Assembly (NCBI GenBank): GCA_963713045.1 | Contig: CAVQKE010000001.1 | Span: 448,001 to 512,000, forward strand | From: an uncultured delta proteobacterium | GTDB lineage: Bacteria; Myxococcota; Myxococcia; Myxococcales; Myxococcaceae | Reading direction: 5' to 3' | Length of the DNA stretch: 64,000 nt | Part shown: in pieces, positions 1 through 7,903 of the stretch | Position numbering within the stretch: position 1 is the stretch's first letter | Layout: every line of letters begins with the position of its first letter | Notes under the pieces: model-generated | Told to the model about the DNA's origin: nothing | What the model saw: the letters and a program-made list of their open reading frames with translations, nothing else | Databases searched by the model: none | Program-made: the position numbers and the translations under genes

Positions 1-1465
1 AAGCGGCGCACGCCTGGGGGACAGCGCGGGCAGCCCCGCAGTAATGGCACTGCAGCGCCGGGGGGTGCAGGTGCAGGGTGAGGGCGACGTCGCAACTCTC
101 GCAGCTACAGGCTTGGCCACAGCCTTCGCACACCAGGGTGGTGCTGTGGCCGCGGCGGTTGAGGAAAAGAATGGCCTGTTGCCCCCGGGCCAGCGTCTCG
201 GCCAGCGCGGCGGCGCTCTCCTCGGCCAGCACCGGAGGGGCCTCACCGGCGGTCCGCGGGCGACGGCGCAAGTCCACCAGTTGCACCGTGGGCAGCGGTC
301 GGTCGTCCACCCGGGAGGGCAATTCCAGAAGCTGGTAGCGGCCGCGTTGGGCATTCTCGTAACTCTCCAGAGAGGGCGTGGCCGAGCCCAGCACCACCAC
401 CGCGCCTGCGTCGCGCGCCCGCACCACGGCCAAGTCCCGCGCCTGGTAGCGCAGCTTCTCGTCCTGTTTGAAGGACGGGTCGTGTTCCTCGTCCACCACC
501 ACCAGGCCCAAACCGGCCACCGGGGCGAAGACTGCCGAGCGCACCCCCACCGCCAGCCGGACGCGGCCCGCGCGCAGGGCCTGCCAATGGGCCCGCCTTT
601 CACTGTCCTTCAAGCCGCTGTGCAGGACGGCCACCTGCGCGCCAAAGCGGCTGCGGAAGCGGCCCACCAGCTGGGGGGTGAGGGCAATTTCCGGCACCAG
701 CACCAGGGCGCCCTTGCCGCTGGCCAGCGCATGCTCGGCGGCGCGCAGGTACACTTCCGTCTTCCCGCTGCTCGTCACCCCCTGCAGAAGGAAGGGGCGA
801 AAGGCGGCCGCGTCCAGCGCCTGGGTGATGGCCTGCACGGCGCGCTGCTGCCCAGCGGTGAGGGTGGCCGGACGGAGTTGGCCGAGGCCGGCGCGCACCA
901 GGGGCGGGACGTCCAGCGTCTGCACGTGGACCAGGCCCTTGGCCACCAGCCGCCGGACGGCCTCGCGGGCCTTGGGCACGGCGCGCACCAATTCGTCAAG
1001 CTCGGCGCGACCGCCGACGGCGAGAAGGTAGCCGAGGGCCGCGGCCTGGGACGGCGCACGCGCCAGCGCCGCCGTGTCCGCGGCCGGCGCCGCCACCACC
1101 GTCTTCACCCCAGCCGGGGCCACCGGCCTGTCCTGCACCGCCCGGGTGAGGCCAGGCGGCAGCGCGGCCCGGAGGGCCTCGCCCAACGGGTAGCGGTAGT
1201 GGGCCGCGGCGAAGGCCAGCAGGCGGAAGACGTCCGGCGGCAGCGCGGGCTCGACCTCCAGCACTTGGGTAATGGGCTTGAGGACGGCGGCTTGCGGAGG
1301 CTTGGCCGGCCCCAGGTAGAAGCCGAGCGCGCGGCCTCGTCCAAAGGGAACCAAAAGCCGCTGCCCCGGCAGCAGCGCCCCCCGGTAGCCCACCGGGGGC
1401 AGGTAGGTGAAGGGGCCTGCGACGGGCCGGCCGACGGCAACCGAGGCGCAAGTCTCCACGTCCAC
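1..1465 (-). CDS. priA: Primosomal protein N' (PriA), runs off the window start (C-terminal part missing)
   Basis: Not in the ORF track; translated by hand from GTG at 1465: N-terminal PFTY..GQRLLVPFG, Walker A GVTSSGKT, LVPEIALTPQ, VVDEEHD, GSATPS, LFLNRRG and Cys-rich zinc motifs (CEGC, CESC, CHYC). Confidence 0.95.
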   Translation of the reverse strand, partial: MDVETCASVAVGRPVAGPFTYLPPVGYRGALLPGQRLLVPFGRGRALGFYLGPAKPPQAAVLKPITQVLEVEPALPPDVFRLLAFAAAHYRYPLGEALRAALPPGLTRAVQDRPVAPAGVKTVVAAPAADTAALARAPSQAAALGYLLAVGGRAELDELVRAVPKAREAVRRLVAKGLVHVQTLDVPPLVRAGLGQLRPATLTAGQQRAVQAITQALDAAAFRPFLLQGVTSSGKTEVYLRAAEHALASGKGALVLVPEIALTPQLVGRFRSRFGAQVAVLHSGLKDSERRAHWQALRAGRVRLAVGVRSAVFAPVAGLGLVVVDEEHDPSFKQDEKLRYQARDLAVVRARDAGAVVVLGSATPSLESYENAQRGRYQLLELPSRVDDRPLPTVQLVDLRRRPRTAGEAPPVLAEESAAALAETLARGQQAILFLNRRGHSTTLVCEGCGQACSCESCDVALTLHLHPPALQCHYCGAARAVPQACAA

Positions 1466-1470
1466 GGCTG

Positions 1471-1492
1471 GGACTACCGCCGTCCCCCGACA
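1471..1492 (-). promoter_or_regulatory. PafBC/RecA-NDp-like promoter motif upstream of priA (TGTCGG-N10-TAGTCC)
   Basis: Minus strand reads TGTCGG GGGACGGCGG TAGTCC, 5 nt before the priA GTG. Matches TGTCGG-N10-TA-N3-T except the last base. Confidence 0.7.
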
Positions 1493-1523
1493 TTGCCCAG
1501 TCGGGCCGTCCTCCGTCGGGCCG

Positions 1524-2243
1524 CTAGAAGAGGCGCTCCGGCAGGTTGGCATGGCTGTCGCCCCGGACGGTGGTGAAGCGCGCTTGCAGTTCGCTTCCTC
1601 GAGAGACTTCCAAGAAGCGGGGAAACCAGCCCCCGGTGGCCGGCGCGGCGTAGTCCGAAAAGCGCACGTCCCAGCCCACGCCCTTCTCATCGGTGAAGCG
1701 CACCCGGGCCGGCAAGAAGCTTTCTTTAAAAACCCACAGCTGCGCGTCGCCCGGCTTTTCGCCGCCGAGGACGTACACCACGTGGCCGCCGAGGCGGTCC
1801 AGGGACGTCGTCTGCGTGTCCACCTTCAGCAGCGCCAGGTGCTGTTCCAGCCCGCTGTGCCCATCGCCTTGGCGCAGGGCGAGCAGGGCGCACACTTCCT
1901 GCACCGCCACCTGCAGCGCCGCGACGGCCGGGCCCTCCACGCGCAGTCGGCCGTTGGCCTCCACCACCACCAGGGGCTTGCCGTCCGGGGCGGTGGCGTC
2001 CAGGCGGCAGCGTCCGGGGACTTTCAGCAAGAAGGCGGCGTCGTTGCGGACTTCCGGTAGCCCCGTCTTCAGCTCGGCCAGGGCGCCCCCTTGGAGGGAG
2101 AGTGTCCCCTCCACTTTGGCCGAGGTGAGGTGGAGCTCCTCCCGGGCCTCCACCAGGCGGCGGAGAATGGCGTGGCCGGGAAGGACGTAGGCAGCGGCCG
2201 GAACGGCCACCCCGAGCAGGCAAAGCAAGAGGAGCCGTTTCAT
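1524..2243 (-). CDS. Exported hypothetical protein (possibly LolA-like beta fold)
   Basis: Signal peptide MKRLLLLCLLGVAVPAAA; beta-rich body with LWVFKESFLPARVRF. Real start taken inside the 600-aa ORF. Confidence 0.7.
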   Translation of the reverse strand: MKRLLLLCLLGVAVPAAAYVLPGHAILRRLVEAREELHLTSAKVEGTLSLQGGALAELKTGLPEVRNDAAFLLKVPGRCRLDATAPDGKPLVVVEANGRLRVEGPAVAALQVAVQEVCALLALRQGDGHSGLEQHLALLKVDTQTTSLDRLGGHVVYVLGGEKPGDAQLWVFKESFLPARVRFTDEKGVGWDVRFSDYAAPATGGWFPRFLEVSRGSELQARFTTVRGDSHANLPERLF

Positions 2244-2309
2244 CAGCGGGAGGAGGGCCTTCAAACCATAGCAGCCGGGCCCCCTTCCGGTGTTACATCC
2301 GGGGCCCAC

Positions 2310-2690
2310 ATGGCGGCAATTACCTTCTTCGTCGCAGTCCTGCTGTTGGCGGTGGGCCTCATCGGCTTCGTTGCCTCGGGGGGCCACGCGCCGACGGCCC
2401 TCATCCCCGCCGCCCTGGGAATCCTCCTCGCCTTCTGCGGCGCCCTGGCGCGCAACCCCAAGTCGCGGATGCATGCCATGCACGCCGCGGTGCTGGTGGC
2501 GCTGGTCGGGCTGGCTGGCTCGCTGCGGGGCGTCTTCCAACTGCCGGCCTTGCTGTCCGGCGCCAGCGTCGCCCGGCCGCTGGCGGTGGTGGCCCAGACG
2601 GCCACCGCCGTCGTGTGCCTCGCCTACGTGGCGCTGGCCGTGCGCTCCTTCATCCAAGCCCGTCGGGAACGGCTGAGCAGCCCAAGCTGA
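2310..2690 (+). CDS. Small 4-TM membrane protein (TMEM14-like)
   Basis: Four hydrophobic segments, TALIPA motif, MHAAVLVAL. Confidence 0.7.
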   Translation: MAAITFFVAVLLLAVGLIGFVASGGHAPTALIPAALGILLAFCGALARNPKSRMHAMHAAVLVALVGLAGSLRGVFQLPALLSGASVARPLAVVAQTATAVVCLAYVALAVRSFIQARRERLSSPS

Positions 2691-2741
2691 CGCGGGCGGC
2701 CCCCCCAGGGGGCAGGCACCGCTGAGGGAGGACAAGCGCCC

Positions 2742-3728
2742 ATGACTCTCGCCATCGGCATTCAGAAGACGGGTGGCCCCGAGGTGATGCAGGTGCAGGA
2801 CGTCCAAGTGGGTGCGCCCGGGCCTGGCCAGGTGAAGCTGCGCCAGAGGGCCGTTGGCCTCAACTTCATCGACATCTACCACCGCAACGGCCACTACCCG
2901 GTGCCGCTGCCGTCCGGGCTGGGCATGGAGGCGGCCGGGGTGGTGACCGCCGTCGGACCGGGGGTGCAAGCCCCCCAGGTGGGGGCGCGGGTGGCGTACG
3001 CCGGCGGCCCACTGGGTGCCTATGCCGAGGAGCGCCTCTTCCCGGCTGACCGCCTGGTCCCCATTCCGGACGGCGTCACCGACCGGCAAGCGGCGGCGGT
3101 GCTGCTGAAGGGACTCACCGCGCAGTACCTGGTGCGTCGCACCCACGTCGTCCGGGCGGGGGAGACGGTGGTGGTGCATGCCGCTGCGGGAGGCGTCGGC
3201 CTTTTGTTGTGTCAGTGGGTGCGCCATTTGGGGGCCACCACCATCGGCAGCGTCGGCAACAAGGAGAAGGCGGAGCTGGCGCGGGCCAACGGCTGCCAGC
3301 ACCCGCTGGTGCTGGACGCCTCCCACCCGGAGGAATTCCTCAATCAGGTGGTGCAGCTGACGGCTGGAGGCAGGGCCAGCGTGGTGTATGACTCAGTGGG
3401 CAAGGCCACCTTCTCCCTCTCGCTCGACTGCCTGGCGCCGCTTGGGCTTCTGGCGCTGTTTGGGGCCTCCTCCGGTGCACCCCCTCCGTTGGACGTCGGA
3501 CTGCTTGCCCAGAAGGGGTCGCTCTTCCTGACCCGGCCCACCCTGGCCACCTACAGTGCGCGGCGGGAGGACCTTCTGGCTGGCGCCGCCGAGGTCTTCG
3601 GCCTGGTCCAGCAGGGCGTCCTCAAAGTCCACATCAACCAGGAGTACCCGCTGCAGGCAGTGGCGCAGGCGCACCGCGACTTGGAAGGCCGGCGGACGAC
3701 GGGCTCCACCGTCCTCAGCGTGGGCTAA
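2742..3728 (+). CDS. qor: NADPH:quinone oxidoreductase (zeta-crystallin/Qor family)
   Basis: GLNFIDIYHRNG, HAAAGGVG nucleotide-binding motif, KGSLFLTRP, RRTTGS. Confidence 0.92.
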   Translation: MTLAIGIQKTGGPEVMQVQDVQVGAPGPGQVKLRQRAVGLNFIDIYHRNGHYPVPLPSGLGMEAAGVVTAVGPGVQAPQVGARVAYAGGPLGAYAEERLFPADRLVPIPDGVTDRQAAAVLLKGLTAQYLVRRTHVVRAGETVVVHAAAGGVGLLLCQWVRHLGATTIGSVGNKEKAELARANGCQHPLVLDASHPEEFLNQVVQLTAGGRASVVYDSVGKATFSLSLDCLAPLGLLALFGASSGAPPPLDVGLLAQKGSLFLTRPTLATYSARREDLLAGAAEVFGLVQQGVLKVHINQEYPLQAVAQAHRDLEGRRTTGSTVLSVG

Positions 3729-3770
3729 CTGCAAACGTCGTACACCCTGGGCAGGATGGCGCCTCCTTAG

Positions 3771-4622
3771 ATGCTCAGGCCCGCGCTCCTCCTCTCGCTT
3801 CTGTTGGCCACGGTGGCGGTGGCGCAGCCGGTGGGCTTTGAAGGAGCGCTGGAGGCGCGCGAGGTGTCGATGGGCAGCGCCTACCGCGCCCTCGGCACCA
3901 CCGCCGTCGGCGTCGACGGAAACCCGGCCGCCTTGGCCCTCGCCAAGTACTTTCAAGTCGACGTCGGCGGCGCCTATGACTTCGGCACGGAGACTTGGTA
4001 CGTGGCCGGCTACGTCCGCGACAGCGTCTCCTCGCCCTTGGCGGCCGGCTACAGCATTCACTACCTGTCCCAACAGCTGAACAGCAGCACCGGGCAGACG
4101 ACCGTCAGCGGCTTCCAAAACGTCTTCGCCTTTGCCATCCCGGTCGCCGACTACATGACGGTCGGCGTCTCCAGCCATTGGATTACCGAGAGTGACTTGC
4201 ACATCAACGCCGCCAGCCTCGACGCCGGCGCGGCCTTCAAAATTGGCACCATCGCCACCATCGGCTTCGCCGGCCACAACCTCATCGACACCGGCCACCC
4301 CGTCCAGCTGGGCCGCTATTTCGACTTAAGCACCGGGCTGAAATTCGGCCCAGTGCAGCTGGCCATCGACGCGCTGAGCAACTTCGGGCCGCACCAATTT
4401 CACCCGAAGCTTCTCTTCGGCACCGAAGTCGCCATTGGGAAAAGCTTCTTCATCCGCGCCGGCGCCGACTGGTACACGCGGACCAACTACACCGCCCCGG
4501 TCGTCTACCTCACCGCCGGCGTGGGCTTCGCCGTGGACAAGGGCGGGCTCGACATCGGCTACCAGCAGTCCTGCACCGGGGTGGGAAACCTCTTGGTGGC
4601 GACGCTGCGCATTGTCTTGTAG
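3771..4622 (+). CDS. Putative outer-membrane beta-barrel protein (PorV/FadL-like N-terminus)
   Basis: Signal peptide, AREVSMGSAY..NPAALA plug-like motif, alternating amphipathic beta strands. Confidence 0.6.
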   Translation: MLRPALLLSLLLATVAVAQPVGFEGALEAREVSMGSAYRALGTTAVGVDGNPAALALAKYFQVDVGGAYDFGTETWYVAGYVRDSVSSPLAAGYSIHYLSQQLNSSTGQTTVSGFQNVFAFAIPVADYMTVGVSSHWITESDLHINAASLDAGAAFKIGTIATIGFAGHNLIDTGHPVQLGRYFDLSTGLKFGPVQLAIDALSNFGPHQFHPKLLFGTEVAIGKSFFIRAGADWYTRTNYTAPVVYLTAGVGFAVDKGGLDIGYQQSCTGVGNLLVATLRIVL

Positions 4623-4712
4623 CCCCCCGGGCCCCCAGGCGACATCCCCCCTGCCCCCTGGGGTACGCGGGGGGGGGGGCAGCGGTGGAGAAGCACTTTG
4701 GGCCAGCCAGGC

Positions 4713-7700
4713 CTAGGCGGGGGTCCCGGCCGGGGCGAGCGGCCGTCGCGCCTTCCTCGCGGCCCGTTCGTCCAGCCAGCGCCAGGCGACGACCACCATC
4801 GGCGGCTGCAGAATTCGAGTCAAGAACGCCACCATCAGTGAGCCACCGATGATGACGATGGCCAAAGGTTTCTGGGTTTGCGAGCCGATGCCGTGCGACA
4901 GCGCCGCCGGCATCAGGCCCAGCGTCGCCACCAGCGTCGTCATCAGTGCTGGCCGAAACCGCTTCTCCGCGGCCTGCCGTGCCGCGTCCTCGATGGCCAT
5001 GCCTTTGGCGTGGAGCTGTTGGAAGTAGGGCACCATGATGAGCGCATCCTGGACGGCGATGCCGAAGATGGACACGAAGCCCATCGCCGCGGAGACCGAG
5101 AGGTTTTCCCGGGTGATGAGCAGCGCCAGGATGCCTCCGCTGCAGGCGACCGGGATGTTGACCAGGACGATGATGGTCGCCAGCCAATTCCGCACCGCGC
5201 TGTAGACGAGGAAGGCGATGACCAACAGCGTGATGGGAACGACGAACTGCAGCCGAGCCTCGGCGTCTTTGAGTTCATTAATCTCGCCGGCCCAGATGAG
5301 ATTCGTCTCCGGAGGGAAGCGGACCGCATCCTCAATCTTCTGCTGGGCTTCCTGGATGGTGGAGGCCAAGTCGCGTCCGCGCACACTGAATTTCACCGGC
5401 GTGTAGCGCCGGCCGTCTTCCCGGTAGACGACGCTCGGACTGTCCTCGCTGGTGATGGTGGCCAGCTGTTTGAGGGGGATTTGGCTCCCGTCCGGCGAGG
5501 AGACGGTGATGTTGCCGATGGAGTCGACGTCGCCCCGGTATTGGGGAAGCCACCGCACGGTGAGCGCGAAATTCTTCTCCCCTTCGTACACCTGGGTGAC
5601 CGCCTGACCACCGATGGCGGCCTGGACCACCGCCTCGACGTCGCCGGTGTTGAGGCCATACCGGTCGGCCTGGGCCCGGTCGGGGACAATCTTGATGCTC
5701 GGCTGTCCGAGCGAAAGGAAGATGCCCACGTCCTCCACTCCCTTCACTTTGCTGATGGTGGCCAGAACGGCATTGGCCACCGAGTCGTTGCTCTTGATGT
5801 CCGGACCCACCACCTTGACGCTGTTCTCCCCTTTGACTCCGGAGAGCGCCTCCTCGACGTTGTCGGAGATGTACTGCGAGAAGTTGAAGACGACGCCGGG
5901 GTATTCCCGCTGGAGCTCAGCCTGGAGGGTGGCGGTCAGCTTTTCCTTGGTGAGCCCTCGCGGCCAGTCCTCGAATGGCTTGAGCGGCGCAAAGAACTCG
6001 AGATTGTGAAACCCGGTCACGTCGGTGCCGTCGTCGGGGCGACCGGTTTGGGAGGTGACGGTGACCACCTCGGGGTGGCTGCGAATAATCTGCCGCATGC
6101 GGCTCACGTGCTTCGACGACTCCTCCAGGGAAATGGACATTGGCAGCGTGGCGCGAATCCAGAAGTTGCCCTCCTCCAGCTTGGGCATGAACTCCTTGCC
6201 GAGCAGCGGATAGAGCACCACGCAGGCCAGAATCGGCACCAGGACCAGTGAGGAGGCGAGCTTCGGCCGCCTCAGGGCCGCGTCCCAGAATGGCTGGTAA
6301 ACTGCGTGGAGAAACCGCATCACCGGATTCGTCACTTCCTCGTCCGGGTCGATGTGAGCCTCGACCAGCCGCTTCAGCCAGATGGGTTTGTCCGCCTGCT
6401 CCTCCGGGGTGGCGATGCGGAACAGCCACGAGGCCAGCACCGGCGTCAGCGTCAACGCAAGGAAAATTGCCCCACCGATGGCGAAGGCGTAGGTGTGCGA
6501 CATCGGCCGAAAAATGACGCCCGAGACGCCGGTCAGGGTGAACAACGGCAGGAAGGCGAACCCGATGATGACCGTGGAGAAGGCCATCGGTCTGCCGACT
6601 TCCGAGGCGGCAGCCAGGATGCGCTCCTCGGTGGGCCCTCCGGAGGATTCGGAGAGGTGGCGGAAGATGTTCTCCATCATGATGACGGTCGAGTCGACCA
6701 CAATCCCGAAGTCGACCGCTCCCAGCGAGATGAGGTTGGCCGGCGTTCCCGTCGCCACCATGCCGATGAAGGCCACCATCAACGCGAGCGGGACGTTGAG
6801 AGCGGTGATGAAGGCCGCGCGCAGGTTGCCGAGGAAGAGAATGAGGACCAGCGTCACCAGGCCCATGCCCATGAGAAGGTTCTCGAGCACCGTGTGCGTG
6901 GTGACCTTCACCAGCTGGCCGCGGTCGTAGAAGGGTTCAATCTCCATCCCCGGCGGCAGCAGGTGGTACTTGCGGATGTAAGCCAGGCGCTCATGAATGC
7001 CCTGGAGGGTGGCCGCCGTCTCGCCCCCATACTTCATGAGGATGGTGCCCTGGACGACGTCGTCGTCCCCGTCCCGTCCCACAATTCCCAGCCGCGGGGC
7101 GTTTCCGATGGTGACCGTGGCCACGTCCCGCACCCGGACCGGCACGCCCTTCTGTTCCAGGATGACGACGTTGTCGATGTCCCGGAGCGAATTGATGAGC
7201 CCGATGCCGCGCACCGTGTAGGCCTGCTGCCCGATGGTCAGCCGCTGGCCTCCGACGTTTTGGTTGGCGTTGGCCAGCGCCGCGTCGAGCTGAGCCAGCG
7301 TCACGCCCCGCCCGCGAAGCAGGTAGGGGTCGACTTCGACGTGGTACTCCTTGGTCCGCCCACCGAAGCTGGTGACGTCGATGACGCCTGGGACCTGCCT
7401 CCACTGTCGCTCGAGAATCCAGTCCTCGGCGGTCTTCAGGTCGATGAGCGAGTAGCCCTTGCCCCGCAGGTTGTAGCGGAACACCTCGCCGATGGCATTC
7501 CAGGGTGAAAGCGAGGCCGAGATGCCGGCCGGCAGCGAGACGAATTGCAGACGGTTGATGACTTCCTGCCTGGCGTCCCAGTAGTCGACGCCCCACTTGA
7601 AGTAGCACTTCACGTCGGACAGCCCGAAGAGCGACTGGGAGCGGATGTGGTCGAGGCCCCTCATCCCGGCGAGTGCAATCTCCAGCGGGACGGTGACGTA

Positions 7701-7889
7701 GCGCTCGGTCTCCTCCGCGCTCCAGCCCGGGGGCTGGGCGATGACTTCCACCAGCGGAGGAACCGGGTTGGGGTAGGCCTCGATGGGCAGTCTTTGAAAG
7801 GCCAGCAGTCCGACGATGAGGAGGGCGACTGCGAGCAGGACGATGAGGATTCGGTTTCGCAGCGCGAACGCGACAAGATTGCGGACCAT
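4713..7889 (-). CDS. czcA: Heavy-metal efflux RND permease, CusA/CzcA family
   Basis: 1058 aa; LPIEAYP, SLGAVDFGIVVD, EFMPKLEEG, RFRPALMT, QKPLAIVIIGG. Confidence 0.92.
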   Translation of the reverse strand: MVRNLVAFALRNRILIVLLAVALLIVGLLAFQRLPIEAYPNPVPPLVEVIAQPPGWSAEETERYVTVPLEIALAGMRGLDHIRSQSLFGLSDVKCYFKWGVDYWDARQEVINRLQFVSLPAGISASLSPWNAIGEVFRYNLRGKGYSLIDLKTAEDWILERQWRQVPGVIDVTSFGGRTKEYHVEVDPYLLRGRGVTLAQLDAALANANQNVGGQRLTIGQQAYTVRGIGLINSLRDIDNVVILEQKGVPVRVRDVATVTIGNAPRLGIVGRDGDDDVVQGTILMKYGGETAATLQGIHERLAYIRKYHLLPPGMEIEPFYDRGQLVKVTTHTVLENLLMGMGLVTLVLILFLGNLRAAFITALNVPLALMVAFIGMVATGTPANLISLGAVDFGIVVDSTVIMMENIFRHLSESSGGPTEERILAAASEVGRPMAFSTVIIGFAFLPLFTLTGVSGVIFRPMSHTYAFAIGGAIFLALTLTPVLASWLFRIATPEEQADKPIWLKRLVEAHIDPDEEVTNPVMRFLHAVYQPFWDAALRRPKLASSLVLVPILACVVLYPLLGKEFMPKLEEGNFWIRATLPMSISLEESSKHVSRMRQIIRSHPEVVTVTSQTGRPDDGTDVTGFHNLEFFAPLKPFEDWPRGLTKEKLTATLQAELQREYPGVVFNFSQYISDNVEEALSGVKGENSVKVVGPDIKSNDSVANAVLATISKVKGVEDVGIFLSLGQPSIKIVPDRAQADRYGLNTGDVEAVVQAAIGGQAVTQVYEGEKNFALTVRWLPQYRGDVDSIGNITVSSPDGSQIPLKQLATITSEDSPSVVYREDGRRYTPVKFSVRGRDLASTIQEAQQKIEDAVRFPPETNLIWAGEINELKDAEARLQFVVPITLLVIAFLVYSAVRNWLATIIVLVNIPVACSGGILALLITRENLSVSAAMGFVSIFGIAVQDALIMVPYFQQLHAKGMAIEDAARQAAEKRFRPALMTTLVATLGLMPAALSHGIGSQTQKPLAIVIIGGSLMVAFLTRILQPPMVVVAWRWLDERAARKARRPLAPAGTPA

Positions 7890-7903
7890 GGAGGTTGTTC
7901 TCG

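Noticed and set aside
757..780. PriA Walker A GVTSSGKT instead of GVTGSGKT
   Set aside because: GKT is intact; a tolerated variant.
44..1576. 510-aa plus-strand ORF
   Set aside because: Antisense shadow of priA; no motifs; typical of high-GC DNA.
4669..4679. G11 homopolymer as a phase-variation tract
   Set aside because: Lies between convergent 3' ends, so it affects neither a reading frame nor a promoter.
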